Shown here piece by piece: positions 1 to 12,993 of a stretch of 64,000 nucleotides of DNA. The stretch comes from Tubulanus polymorphus. Its lineage: Eukaryota; Animalia; Nemertea. The position numbers and the translations under genes are program-made. How positions within the stretch are numbered: the first letter of the stretch is position 1; every line of letters begins with the position of its first letter. The notes under the pieces are model-generated. The model saw nothing but the letters and a program-made list of their open reading frames with translations. It did no database searches and was not told the origin of the DNA. The stretch spans positions 2,170,001 through 2,234,000 of the forward strand of contig NC_134035.1 in assembly GCF_964204645.1 (NCBI RefSeq), read 5' to 3'.

Positions 1-2646
1 GCATCTCGTGAGTATTATCTTAAAATCCTCTTTTTCGAATAGATCGGCTTAAAACTTACTTGTACGTCGTGGTTTTCATGTATTTGAATATTCATTGAGC
101 AGGTTCCTACTGATGGAGATGTTCTGGAGGAAGCTATTCGTTATTGTCAGCAACAGGCTTCGATCAAACCCCAGGTCAGTACCTATACAAGGGTTTTGCA
201 ATATTTTGAATCACTTAATCAACCACAAGCCGTCCTTAGAGAATGATTATATATTGATTGAAGCTTTCCAGCCTTTCTTACTGGGCCCTCAAGGTTGTGT
301 TCATGTCCTAGCGTACATGTTCTCTATGAAAACTGCTCTAAATACAGTATATTTCTATGCCTTAATTCCTTAATTTTCACCGTCACTGCGCATTTATTTT
401 GCACTGTGAAAGTGTGTCTTTTATACTTGTGTTTACTCATTTTAAGGCGACCACTGGCGACAAAGGACCGAAAACAAGCTCATCCACAGATGAAGATCCT
501 TCGGTAATTTATAAGCTCGTTATACTTTTATCGATGGACCATTGAATCTGGTTTGCATTGAATAGAATTGAGATGAATTTAATGAAATTTCTCTGGCTTT
601 GAGAAAACCATGGTTAGATCATCAGTACTATAAAGCCTAGCTCACAACAAGAATTTTGTGTTTATGCCCTTTGATGTTTAGTTCGCCTGCTATCGCAAAC
701 ATTGAAACAAGAAACAACTGGAAACTATGTTTCCTCTTAGGAGTGATGCACTCGGTCATGAAACAAATGAGAAAAATGTTTCAGTTTCATATTATGTGCC
801 CTTGGCTTAAGAACTTAGTGCCTGTCATGTCATTTCTTCCAAGAATCTTTTTGCTAACTTCAAAACTGATTTGAATACGTGTTATATTGTTATTTTGCTT
901 TATTTCAGGAAAAGTTATCCGCAACACCAGACACGCACAATCCATCCTCATCGACTTCAATTACGAAGGCGTCGAAAGAACAGCTTCCGTTGCTACAACA
1001 GCAGCAGCAACAGCAACCACAAATAACGAAAACTAAACCAACCGTAAAAACTGTAGCTAAAGAAATTCCGGCAGCTTCGATTTTATCGACTTCTCTGCCA
1101 GCAAAATTTCCAGCCCAGGTGGTCCCTAAGGGCGGAACGAAACGTCCCGGTTCTCCACTAGTCAAACTTACGAAAAACGCTGACGGGTCTGAAAAACAAC
1201 GGAAAGTCGCCGGTAATCCGATCGTGTTTAATGCATTGGCGAATAAACCGCAGCAGCAGCAGCAGCAGCTACCGAACCAATCAAAGGTTGAGTCGTCTGC
1301 TGCAGCCGACAGATCGAATCGAATGTCAGAAAAGTCTCAGAAAATCGTCGAATCGATCATGAACCCGTTGTTGATGGAGAGCGCGACGACGACGAAGAAA
1401 CAACGACCGATGACGACCGAGGAGTTCATCAAGCTTTTAAGCGCGACGCAGACATCGACGGATGCCGAACCGCCGGCGTTGGTCGCGCTGCGCGAACGCG
1501 GTATCGTTGCATCGAAATCGCGGTCGGCGCCGAACGTTATACCGCAACGCAAGACGATAAGCCCTCAACAGCTGCAGCAACGTCGACTGCAGCTACAGCA
1601 ACAGCAGCAACAGCAGCAGCAACGTCAGCGGTTACTTTCGCAGAAAGTACAGAGTGGTAAAATGTGCGTTGTTAAAACGGCGGCCGGTCAACGTGTAGTG
1701 CAAGTAACGCCCGGTCAGCGCAGTTCGAATACGCCACCCGCTGGCGCGATCATTTCAAGTGGCGGTAAAACCGTCATCGCTCGGTCGTCCACGGGTAACG
1801 TTTCGACGAATCTCGCGAAGCAGCAGCAAGCTCACAGAAAATCATCACCGGTGGGAATAATTTCCACGTCGCCGCGATTTCCGCAGCAACAAACCGTCAA
1901 TAAGCAAACGGCGGGGGTATCGGTTAAAAATCGAAGCCCGGTCGCGTATCTACCGGTGTCCGGTATGAAGGCGCAATTAACCGCGCAGGGAATAAATGTT
2001 TCCAACCCGTCTTCTATCATACGTAAATCATCGCCCGGAGCGGCGGCACCTAAACTAAAACAGATTACCAAATCGGCGATACAATTCCGACAGCAACAAC
2101 AACAGGCGACGACGATGAGGGCGGCGACGTCGACCGTCAGAGTACGAGCTTCGGTTGCCGCGGCGTCGAGTGGCGCGAGACCGATTAAAGTAATCTCACA
2201 GCGAAGCTCGTCGGGCGTCGTGCGTAATAAATTCAACGCGACGACGAATCCCGTTCATTTAGTGTCCTCGACAGGGCAGCAGATATTCAGCGTTCAGCCG
2301 TTCATGTCGCCGGTGTCGCAGCGAGTTTCCATCGCGAACGCCGCCGCCGCCTCGTCTAAGGCGGCGACGAATGTTAAAACCGCACGAACGGCTCCTGCCT
2401 CGTCGGCTGTGAAAGTAAGTCCTTGATAATTCCAAGATGATAACTCCAAGATTTGAGTAAATGATGTTGATATATGTTTTATTCGTTTAATTACAGGTAA
2501 AACACGTACCTTCAAGTCTTCCATTAGTGACGATATCAGCGAGTGCTGGCGCCCGTATCGAACAACGTAAGCACACTCCACCACTTCATACCCAGCTGGC
2601 TGAAACCGAAGTCATCGAAATCAGCAGCAGTTCGGATAGCGATTAA
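1..2646 (+). CDS. 3' part of a Q/S/T-rich nuclear protein gene, probably calcineurin-binding protein cabin-1-like; exons <1-7, 103-174, 447-503, 909-2414, 2497-2646
   Basis: All exons are GT-AG bounded and join in phase 0, and the 909-2414 exon lies in the 879..2426 ORF. Exon 103-174 reads VPTDGDVLEEAIRYCQQQ, which resembles a Cabin1 segment as I recall it (LEQAVKFCQ, not searched). The protein ends EVIEISSSSDSD*, and AATAAA occurs near 3558. The exon structure is solid; the identity is tentative. Confidence 0.6.
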
Positions 2647-2889
2647 ACTCGATTCAACGTAATCAGTACACTCAGCCTTACTCGGTACTGGCAGTGGTAG
2701 ATCAAGAGGGGCTGAACCCCTCCCTTTTCAGAACAGTGCCCTGTTTTCAAAATCTGAGCTGTTCTAAATTTTGACTACCCACTAACCTAAAAATGTTTAC
2801 GTGCTGTGTTATGTCGAAGGTCTTATTGTGAACTCGTTTAAGTTCTAATAATGCTAAGTTAAAATTTCGTATATCACCATAGATTTTAT

Positions 2890-3085
2890 CTAAGACCAGG
2901 CTAAGCTCATTTTGGTTCCGGCTCATTAGCCAATCTAAGACCAGGCTTAGCTCATTTTTGGTTCTGCAGCCAATCAGACACCCTAAGACTAGTCTACGCT
3001 GACTTTGGTTCTATAGCCAATCTAAGACCAGGCTAAGCTCACTTATGTATTATAGCCAGTATAACAATTTAAGACCAGTCTTATG
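2890..3085. repeat. Degenerate ~45-bp tandem repeat (taagaccaggctaagctca...agccaatc), interspersed repeat family
   Basis: About 4-5 imperfect units. Related sequence occurs near 54960-55035 and 56980-57035. Confidence 0.6.
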
Positions 3086-3117
3086 ATTTAAAAGCATATT
3101 TTAACTTAAACCAGCCC

Positions 3118-3249
3118 CAGGGCTAGTTGCTCAAAAGTTGGTTAGATTTAACCAGTGGATAGTTGACGTAGTGACAGTCAAAAGTTCATTGTCACTATGG
3201 TATTTATCAGCCAGTTATTTTTAACCGACCTTCGAGCAACTGCAGCTCC
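3118..3249 (+). mobile_element. ~135-bp MITE, family 1
   Basis: Imperfect TIRs (agttgctcaaaagttggtta...taaccgaccttcgagcaact). Related copies at 62526-62657 (inverted) and 63285-63417. Confidence 0.75.
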
Positions 3250-5983
3250 AGATGTTTAAATTGATGAAGATCTGTAATGATAATGGATTCGAACTAATTT
3301 TGTTGATGATAATACGATGTATTTATTTTGTGTCCGATTATGTGAATGTGATTGTATTATTTTTTGCTGGCCAGAACGTAACTTTAGTGATCATGAAGAA
3401 GTTTGTTCTTTCTGCGTGAAGCAAATGCATTTATGTAAATATATAATTTAGGTATTTCAAGTTCTGGTAACATAAAATGTTCAATTTTGTCTGCTCCATC
3501 ATAAATGTACACGTGTGAATTGTTTATTCGGTTTAAGGGATGATAATTTTTTTACAAAATAAATTTTCCCCGAAACTCTTCTAAGCAAACTGTACTACTG
3601 TGATTCTTTTTTGTTGCGATTGTCATCATCTGGACTGTGTTCTTGTTGGTTGTGGATTTAAATACGTTAATGTCTGTATTATTATCGTGTACACGTATAT
3701 TAGGAAGATACTGGACTCTAAGCCTTGTATTGTATAGACAGCAGATTGTCCCAAGTGAGTGCAGTCTACGGACAGCAGATTGACAACTGCATCGGATATA
3801 TAAATTGGCACCAACTTTTCTTATCGATGTATTTGATTGACCATTGCAGGGGCCATGTTCTAGAACGAGTTCGGTCTAGGGCATGACGGGGCACACATTC
3901 TTCAGTCCTACGGTTTGCAGTTGCCGGTAGTCATCTTTTTCCGGTATACTTCTGGATAGTGCGATAGCGGGGTTGTAAGTGTGATTACCGCTAAAACTTA
4001 TCTAACACAGCACTAACAGTCAACCTCCTTACAAGTAGTCATTCAATCAGTCATCCATTAAAATGTGTCCAGAGTATTGGACTTCTCCCAAAAATGAAAT
4101 TGGATTTTTTTTAAATCCGGAATTCCGGAGAAGTGGCAACTCTGAGAGTTTGAGTACCAATTCATATTTAAAATTCTACTTAAAATAGCATACGTGAAAA
4201 TCATTTGGGATAAGTTGTCAAGGTATACTTGGATAAGCGAGTTATAAAAAAGACCAACTTGGACCAATTTATAAGTCAGAAAACTAGACAACAAAACGAC
4301 ACGAATCGTACTGTGAATAAATTAATTATCGTTTAATTCTGTGAAAATTCTATCGACAAAAATATTTGTACACATGCACACGTTACAAGAAGCGCCCGAG
4401 ATATATTATAATTATTATTATGATGTGTATGAACAATGCAGATATTCTTTAATCTTCTCAAGCGTACTAGCGTCACGAACACACACAACCTATGTAAAAT
4501 TAAGAGAAGTAAATGTACCAACCAAGTCCTTTATACTGCCATTCTTTTTAATGCACTTCTAAGGGAATAAATATGCAAACTCGAACGCAAATGGCATTCT
4601 TTATAATGCTAAATTCTTTATAAGGACATGTGAATGATTGGTTCTAACAGTGGCGCTATAAAGGACTTGTACTGTACATGTAAATGAATGAAATTATAAT
4701 GATTCGCTCCATCCATAAACAGTACTGAAGTAAACTCCGATTGAGTTGGATATTTTTTCTGATCATCTTTATTCATGAAGTTCTGTTACGGATTATTTGT
4801 AATGATGTTATCAATCAATTGTATTTTACAATAATGTACTGCACATGACATCGGGATTAGATCCAAATTCAGATCCAATTGTTACTCGGACCATAAGACC
4901 CGGACGAAAAGACAGTGCAAGTTGGAACTGTTGTTTAAACGGTCCAAAATATCCTTCTCTATGATATTATATACATGATTCCGCAATTTGATAAATCTTA
5001 ATTTTTATGACATAAAAATCCATGATTTACTCACATAATTGCTACACATATCGTACTACTATAGTTTAGTAGGATGAGATATACTAGCTTAAAAATAAAA
5101 TCTCTATCATACGCAGCGTGTGATAATTAATCAAGTATTAATCAGCATCCCGGACCCATAGACAATCCAACTCTTAGTCACCATTCTACCAATTTTTTTC
5201 TAAATTCACGAAACATTCCTAAATTTCAAAACTGATCATCTAAACGTCGCCTTAAGAGATGAGATCCGCGTAAAGCGAACTTTTGACATCAATCTCGCGC
5301 CCCTAGAATATCAGGAGTTGGCACGCGATCGTAAGATGGACAACTAGGCTACATCTCTAAGAAACGATGATCGATGAAGCACCCGACATAACGCACTAAT
5401 TATTCATTTAATAGCATAACTCAACAAATACAAGCATTCCATATCATTTCAAAACTTCCAGTCCCGAAAAAATCCGACCACGTGTTCTACTATACACAAT
5501 GGAACCTCATTGTTAGTATCATTTAAAGAAACCCAATCTATCAATTTAAACGACTGCTATCGTATCCTCTAACTAGCCTTCAGAGTTATGTATCTTTTCT
5601 CATTGATATCCATCAAGACTGGAAAATAGCGTCGACTATCTAGAACCTCATCGTTTCCATTTCATTTTGCGTTTTCATTTTAAGTTAATCTCTGAAGATT
5701 GGATAGACCTACTCGTTCGACGCAAAAGATTTAAAGCTACTTTTCGATATTTTCGGTTTTTTTCAAAATGCAATAAGGTTCCAATGTATATCGAAATAGG
5801 CCGCGTAATAGTGAGTGCATATCAGGAATTCCGAGTGATACAAAACTAAAACTACGTCCTTCCTTTACTGACGTTAAGTCGCATACACACACGAAATGAG
5901 ACACTCAGAGTTCGTTATATGATAAATGTTGATTTAAACGAGTATATAAGTTTAAACGTGATTGAAGTCGTGTCTCGCGCGCA

Positions 5984-7879
5984 CTACTTGAGCAAAGCCT
6001 TTATTTCGTCCTTCTCCGCGCAGTCGTAGTACGAATCGCCAGACGGAGCTTTTACGCTCTTGTATTCAGCACCCTGAAAAATAGGAAAACCAACGATGAA
6101 ACAGGGCGACATCACAAATATTTCTGAAGGGTCGACCCAGTCAGACCTCACAACTGACTACTATTTGAGAGCGGTCTCTACTCTTTTAACCCTTTCCGTG
6201 CTGACTAATTAATACCCTATAGTGCTGGAGAAAATGTGAAAATTTGGGAAAATTCCACTGTAGTCTGTTGAATAACGGGAATAGCACTATAATGCGTCTA
6301 CACCGCGGCGCGGTGTATCATTAGTTACTAATATTTCACTACGTTTGACAGGTGCTGCCATCTTTCAAGAGAGATAATTACTAATTAAATCAATACACCT
6401 CAGCGCGGTGTACTAGCAAAATCCATCACTGATTTATACACCGCACTGCGGTGTAGACGCACTGAAAGGGTTAAGAGTTCAACTCCGCCCAAAAATATCA
6501 AAAAACCCTCAATCTCAGAATACTATTCATTTTCAATTTGACTTCTATTTTCTATATCAAATAACTCTAAATTATGGTGAAAACTACTACGATTACGACA
6601 GAAATGTGAAGGCGGAAACAAGGCAAAAACTCGATTTTCGCGGCTACCTTTGATATCAACAGCTTGACGCAGGACGTGTGACCTTCGTATATCGCAGCCA
6701 ACAGAGGCGAAATTCCGTATTTGTCTAGTTTCTGCAACGAAATTCAAAACAGCGTCTTTAAAATCTAGTAATTCGTTGTAAAGCTTACGCCAGGGTGGCC
6801 ACTTACTTGGAAATTAGGGAAAGGTCAGGGAATTTATTTAACCCTTTTCAATGCTGACTAATTAATTCCAGAAAGTGCTGGAGATAGTAAATTTAAAAAT
6901 CCCAACTTCTGACTTACTTTTTTGACTGTGTCTTTGATCGAATTCTTAGCAGGTAAAATCAGGGAAAATGGAGTGAATGTCAGGGATAAAGCAAGGCTAA
7001 ATTAAAGTGGCCACCTTTCAACAGAATTTGAGGAAAATTTTTGAATGCGTTAATTTATTTGGTACACTAGCGGCAGATCCACTTACGTCGATATCAGCAC
7101 CTTTACTTATTAAATATTCGAGCACTTCTTTTTGTCCGTAGTCGGCGGCTAGATGGAGAGCAACGCGTCCACTTTCCAAATCGTCGTTCACCGTACCTCC
7201 CTAACGACAGAACAGATCAATAGATTTAACATTTCCTAGGGCCGGGCCATTTCCTAATCCTAGTTCCGATACATGTCTTCTTACATTTCTCCAGTCCAGT
7301 TCACAGGGACTTGTCACACTTGATAGTGAATGAATAAACCCAGTATCAATGACCAACCCCAGCATCCCTGTTTTTTTTTAATTTAATGAAAATTTGTTTT
7401 TGGGCAGTGGATATTTTACGTCGTCGCTGATTGGCTAATTCTATCCCTAGGGGTAGAACGGACCCTAACCCTAATCCTACCTAACCCTCTGGGTCGTTAG
7501 ACCCTAAACCCATCGGAACCCTAACCCTAAACCAAATAAAATGATTTTAATGTTACTTTAATTAGTTAAAACTATAATATATAGTAATTATGTACGGTAA
7601 AATAGCGGAAGTTAACACTTTTTTGCCGTTCTATATGGTGTTAAATAAATATCCACTTTGTAGATAGTTGGTCCTACGAAGCAGCAGCAGCAGGCCTGTA
7701 TATTTTTCCTGGAATACTCCAACAACAAAAACGGAAAACTCGATCAGACATTGATTGAATTGATTGACAAGACAAAATACGTAAAATAGTAAACGATTTA
7801 CCGATTGTAGAAGTTGTTCGACTTCTTTTTCAACTTTTTCTAAGTCTCCGTTCTTGATGGCCCATAAATATTCCCCCAT
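5984..7879 (-). CDS. MTPN: Myotrophin (ankyrin-repeat, capping-protein regulator V-1), 121 aa; exons 7879-7802, 7200-7087, 6731-6648, 6073-5984
   Basis: Spliced translation is [121 protein letters not shown]. It matches myotrophin along its length, with three phase-0 GT-AG introns. Confidence 0.95.
6186..6474. mobile_element. piggyBac-like MITE (TTAA-flanked), family 2
   Basis: TTAA-CCCTTTCCGTGC...GCACTGAAAGGG-TTAA. Further copies at 53991 and 55449, fragments near 6838 and 58641-58666. Confidence 0.85.
6791..7018. mobile_element. MITE with CAGGGTGGCCAC...GTGGCCACC termini (hAT-like), containing a family-2 fragment
   Basis: Inverted termini and internal CAGGGAA-type repeats. Family-2 end at 6838-6887. 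Confidence 0.55.
7463..7533. repeat. Degenerate (CCCTAA)n-like tract in MTPN intron 1
   Basis: Several ccctaa units with interruptions. Confidence 0.5.
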
Positions 7880-8689
7880 TTTCAGCAGCGGACGGTTTTG
7901 CAGTCGAAAAAATTTTTGTTCAATAAATTTTCTTTTGTCGTATATGAACGTATGAAACGTCAATCAAATTTTATTCAATGCAATAAACATTAGCTTTATT
8001 ACAATTTAAATTAACTTTATTGTTCGATTCCGGCAGCGGTCCGGTGATCAAACTTGAAACGGTCGAAGTGAACTATTTTGCAATATTGTTTTTCAACCAC
8101 TTAAATGTTGACTGTATAGTATGATGATGTTCATTCCCATTTTGGGAAATTCTCAATAAGTAGCTCGTGGTCATCAATTACGTTGTTTTGAGTTTCCTTT
8201 TTACTATTCGTGGCTTTCAAGTCTACTTACTACAGGATCACTGAACGATTCGGATCGCTGCCAGGATTGGGGCATGGTGGATGACCGGTGTAAGTGAGAC
8301 GTAACGCCGTTTACTGACCGCATACCCACCACGATCCCAGGCCTTGGAAGATGTTCTTATAAAGAGATAAGCTATATATTGAGCAGCTTACGTATCTCCA
8401 TATTACTACTAACAGTTCACAACTTCATTTTACAGGTATGTCTTTCGCATTTAACTTTCTACCTATTTTCTGCAAATTCTATTTGTAAACCCGTGTTCGT
8501 AAATTATATCTAATGGAATATTGACTAGTTTCGCAATACACTTTCACTAATGCGACTATTGTGCCAGATTTTACAAAATAGATTTTCTAAATGTGTCGAC
8601 ATGAGTTTGAGTGAATCATGAATAAGGCTTTATCAATGCAGATTTATTTCGCGCAAGAATATATTGATTAATGATTAATTAATCTCACA

Positions 8690-9697
8690 ATGTGTGAGTC
8701 AGACAGTCAGACGCGACAGTCGGTCCAGTCCACTCAAGACATGGAAATGAATTTTACTGAGATGCAAATCGGTCGAACCTATAGCAGTTACATCGTCATC
8801 ATGTCTGTGGCGAACAAGTCTGGAATCTACCGTACTGTGTCATTGGTCATTCTGCCTATATTGTTTCTGTTAGGGGCATTCGGAAATTCGGCTACTTTCC
8901 TGATAATGATAAGTCGCAGATTTCGGGGTTTATCTTACGCTAACTATCTGATCGTTTTGTCGATCGGGGATTTTATGTTCTGCATCAACCTATCTTTGAT
9001 GCCCGTTTTGCAGTTTGTTTTCTTATTCGTTAACATCGGTCCGATATTTCTGATGAATTCACTGATCAGTTGTCAAATCTACGAATTCGTAATGATAGTT
9101 GCGGCCTGTAATAGTTCCTGGTTAATCGTGGCTATATCTATAGAACGTGCGGCAGTTGTTCTCTTCCCGTTCACATCTCGTTTGATATGTACACCTAGAT
9201 TCGCTAGATTCGCCATATTGACGATAACTTCAGTGAATGTACTGATTCTTTATCTTCTACCTACTGTGTCGATGCATTTTTCTAACCAGTCTTTCGGATG
9301 TTACTATGAATTATTTGACCAATTAACATATTTCATCATAATTGTCATTCACCTTTATCTTCTACCTCTAATTTTGATAATTACATCAAATTCTGTTATA
9401 ATCGTTCAGTTATTCAGGGGTTCTGATGTGGTTTCGACCGATAAGAAAACTACAAAATCAAAACGTACAACGATAATGCTTGTAACAGTTTCACTCGCAT
9501 TTGCAATGTTTACACTTCCAACAACTATCGCAGTATTCCTACCGATCCCTTTGGAACAGACCGATTTTCTTTATGACGTGTTCACTCAGTTCCAATTGTG
9601 TAACTATGTCGTAAATTTTTACATATATCTTTTACTGGGACGAGAAATTCGTGAATATTTCTGCACACGATTACTTTGTCGAAATTCAAACAAATAA
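8690..9697 (+). CDS. Rhodopsin-class 7TM GPCR, family A paralogue 1 (likely start MNFTE at 8747)
   Basis: Intronless ORF with 7 hydrophobic segments, GN in TM1, ERA at the DRY position, a TM3/ECL2 Cys pair and NFYIY at the NPxxY position. The first 19 codons resemble the 5' UTR of paralogue 2. Confidence 0.92.
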   Translation: MCESDSQTRQSVQSTQDMEMNFTEMQIGRTYSSYIVIMSVANKSGIYRTVSLVILPILFLLGAFGNSATFLIMISRRFRGLSYANYLIVLSIGDFMFCINLSLMPVLQFVFLFVNIGPIFLMNSLISCQIYEFVMIVAACNSSWLIVAISIERAAVVLFPFTSRLICTPRFARFAILTITSVNVLILYLLPTVSMHFSNQSFGCYYELFDQLTYFIIIVIHLYLLPLILIITSNSVIIVQLFRGSDVVSTDKKTTKSKRTTIMLVTVSLAFAMFTLPTTIAVFLPIPLEQTDFLYDVFTQFQLCNYVVNFYIYLLLGREIREYFCTRLLCRNSNK

Positions 9698-11308
9698 TCA
9701 TTTAGAACTGTAAGTTTGATTTACCAATATTTAATACCGTGTTGTCAGAGGCCGTCAGAAAATGAGATTTTCGGTGCTTCCATGAATAATCAAAAATCAC
9801 TTTTTACTCTGTCAAGACGTCAATCTTTCTACTACCTGCAATACCAATGCATAGACTAAACGAATTTAAAAGGAAAAACAAAAACAAAGAGTTTTCAAAC
9901 TATATTTATTTACATATCGGACTTGAAACTACACATTAAGTTATTACCAAAATTTGTTGCAAGTTTTTGAAAATGTAATGCCATTTTTTAAATTTATAAA
10001 CATACATACATTATATCATATACGGACATTGAATATATAACGAACCCAGAAAAGGGTTTATGCTTCACGAAACTCGGTAACATCTAGGTACGAGGATAAC
10101 TCAATGGGCTGACGCAGTCAAGATTTGTATGTAGGATGTAATTTCCGAGCTGTGCTCGAAGAGATGACCTTCTGCAAACGCATTAATCAACATTCAGATG
10201 GATGTTTCGACAATTGCGGTTATTCTTATACAGTAATTAGCCAAATTGAACATAGATATCTTACACAATGGCAAAATCTACAATTATATGTTGGAATTCA
10301 TGAGATCGATTATTTTATCAGTACATAAACTATATGCAACTTTTTCGGCATTATCAATTTGTTTTTTTTTATTAGAAACTTGTGTGAGAATAGTTTTCTC
10401 CTCGCAAAAAAATTGAATGCCAATTTTGATGCCAAGGTATGAACGATTTCCGTTGATATAACGAAGGAAAATACATGTGTATCTTATTGAGATAGCTAAC
10501 CCCCCTTTCTACGGGCCTGCTAACTGACCACTAGACGGGTTTCACACGAGCCAAAAAAGCTCTTCTACTTTGACTTTCACGCGCTGTGCGGAATGATGTC
10601 GATAAATTCGGCATTCTCAGCAATAATAAAGAAATAATCACGTAATTTATGAAATATCAACTTCCATGAACGACTGTGTCCCTGCAGACCTAATGGATAT
10701 CATGCAATCATTTATGAATATATTAACTTTATTGTCAAAGAAGAAGACAATGATAACATAATAACATAATTAACAACGATGACGGATAACCGCATACAAG
10801 GATTTTGTGTATATTGGTGCGGATGGTAGAAAGAGGTCTTATTTCCACTATCCGTACAGGAAATAATAGATAACATTGTATCTTTAGAGTTATAAATTAA
10901 CAGACCCCCGTTTGACTTTAACTCTATATAAGTACTGGTGGAGGATGTTCATGTTACATGATTTACTTAAAGTTGGAAGTATTAGGATTACTGCGTATGT
11001 TTCTCGAAATAAATCTCCCCGGTTCTTCTCCGTAGAAAGGGCAGATTAGAAGTAAATGCAATTCGTCTTCTACTTCATTCATGTTACATAACTGACTAAG
11101 TCTCTCATTATATGGAATTGGGGTGCGTGAATAGAGAAGCGACGCACAATGTATGAAACTATATCAGGTTTGCAAGTAACGAAAATAGCAGCAGAACTTC
11201 AACGACAGTGTATACTACAATACGAATACTGTCATATTATCGCTGTAGGTCGTACGTGTGATTACAGCCCATCGATTCACTCCTTGAAATCGCTGAACAG
11301 CCTATGAT

Positions 11309-12340
11309 ATGGGCAGGAACGCAACCACCGGTACCACTGCCGCATCTGCAAGTGTTACTGAAACTTACGTTTGCCCGATACTCGATCTCCAAGTACGGAA
11401 ACATAATATTCTAGTCTATTTCATTTTTCCTGTATTCGCAATCGGTGTGATTCTCAATATTTTCAGTATCATTGTTTTGCGGAGATTGTCTGACAGCGGG
11501 CAAGCCATTCACCTTCTTATCCTCGTCGCGCTATCGGATATAATCTATCTTACAAATACATTCCTAGACGGTCCACTCCGTCACCTGATACATAGAGCCA
11601 TCTACGGAGACCTGACGTTTCGTCGATACGACTACGAGGTGTTTCCACTGTGGAACTGGATTCGAATTGCGTCCTATAAGTCGACGGTAACGATTCGAAA
11701 TTGGATGATAGTTCTCGCCGCGGTAGTTCGATGTCTTCACGTTTTGTTTCCATTCTGGTCACGGCGCTGTATTGACAGGAAAAAGATTCATATTTCTACA
11801 TTAATCATCATAATCATTTCTGTTGTTGCTTATGTCCCTCGTTATTTTGGTGCGCACATAGGCATGACTCAATGTAACGGTTCACCACGCAGCTTTCCTC
11901 GTCACCCGAAATTCTACAAAAGTCGCTCGATTGACAAGTTTAGCACTTTGGTGTTTATGTTATTAACTATATCCATCCCAGTCGTGTTTATTCTGTTTGC
12001 CAACGTAATTCTCTTGTGGTCATTGTATAGGTCCAGTAAGCTGCGAAAGTCAATGGCTACCAAAAAAGATGATAGATCTTCCGCAGCTAAAAACAAAGCG
12101 ACGCAGTTAGTTTTAATCACGACATTTGTTTATGTAGTGTGCGAGTTACCGACGCTCGTCTCGAGGGTATGGAACTATTTCGTTAAGAAAGGTTGGGACG
12201 AGGTGCTGCTCAGGTCTATATTTGTTGTTACCGATAATCTAACACCGATCGACTCGGCGATTAATTGCGTAATCTATCTGGTCGCTAGCAGATCATTTCG
12301 GTCAGCAGCGATAAACCTATGCAGAAAAAGTGTTTCCTGA
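11309..12340 (+). CDS. Rhodopsin-class GPCR, family B (FMRFamide-receptor-like, putative chemoreceptor)
   Basis: 343-aa intronless ORF with N-terminal NAT sequon, LALSD-like TM2, VRC at the DRY position, CELP in TM6 and DSAINCVIY in TM7. Confidence 0.9.
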   Translation: MGRNATTGTTAASASVTETYVCPILDLQVRKHNILVYFIFPVFAIGVILNIFSIIVLRRLSDSGQAIHLLILVALSDIIYLTNTFLDGPLRHLIHRAIYGDLTFRRYDYEVFPLWNWIRIASYKSTVTIRNWMIVLAAVVRCLHVLFPFWSRRCIDRKKIHISTLIIIIISVVAYVPRYFGAHIGMTQCNGSPRSFPRHPKFYKSRSIDKFSTLVFMLLTISIPVVFILFANVILLWSLYRSSKLRKSMATKKDDRSSAAKNKATQLVLITTFVYVVCELPTLVSRVWNYFVKKGWDEVLLRSIFVVTDNLTPIDSAINCVIYLVASRSFRSAAINLCRKSVS

Positions 12341-12993
12341 TTCCCTAGATTTCTATCAATCGGCCCAATACGCAACGAAAGATGTGTTAACTCAAACTAA
12401 TGATGTTTGTATCAATTTGTATCAAACTTTCTCGAAATTTATATTTCTATTTTCACGCATATTTCAAGTTTTACATTTTGTCATTTTCTCGAATGTTACT
12501 CGACGATCACAACATCTCATCAGGGAACTCGTGTGATTCCGTCACGATGAAAGAGAAACCCTTCGAAATCATTAGAATAATTAGATACAGAGTGTCTCAA
12601 GGCATTAAGGGTGTTCGCCTTTATCATTCCTGCATCCCACATCCAGATTTAGTCGTAAAATAACCCAATACACTGTGTTATATTTGCTGTATATTTTATA
12701 TAAATATAACTGTAAATTTTGTGAATAAAACATCTCAACTACAAAACAAAAACAAACCAAAACAAAAAAAAAACAATAAAACCTGATCTCTACATATTTT
12801 CTATGTAATGAATTTTATAGATATAAATCATAAATCTCCAGCCGATAGTGGTGCTGCAGGAACTGTCGGGAAAACTGTAAAAAAGCAGAAGTCATTTCAA
12901 GATTTATTCTTTGAATACAACCGACCCACCCCCCCCCCCCCGGACTAATCGGAAATCTCTTGAGTTTATGACGAGCAAACATGAATCCAATGG

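Noticed and set aside
905-2584. Antisense Cys-rich ORFs
   Set aside because: They are shadows of the poly-Gln (CAG/CAA) coding strand.
103-2646. Daxx as the identity of the first gene
   Set aside because: Only the terminal SIM resembles Daxx and no histone-binding domain is visible. The LEEAIRYCQ segment fits Cabin1 better, but the identity is still unverified.
3600-4560. Exon-like minus-strand fragments between the first gene and MTPN
   Set aside because: The frames are short, interrupted by stops and have no recognisable domain. They could be a decayed element or UTR but cannot be supported.
7463-7533. Interstitial telomere or fusion scar
   Set aside because: It is short, degenerate and intronic, so more likely part of a small interspersed repeat.
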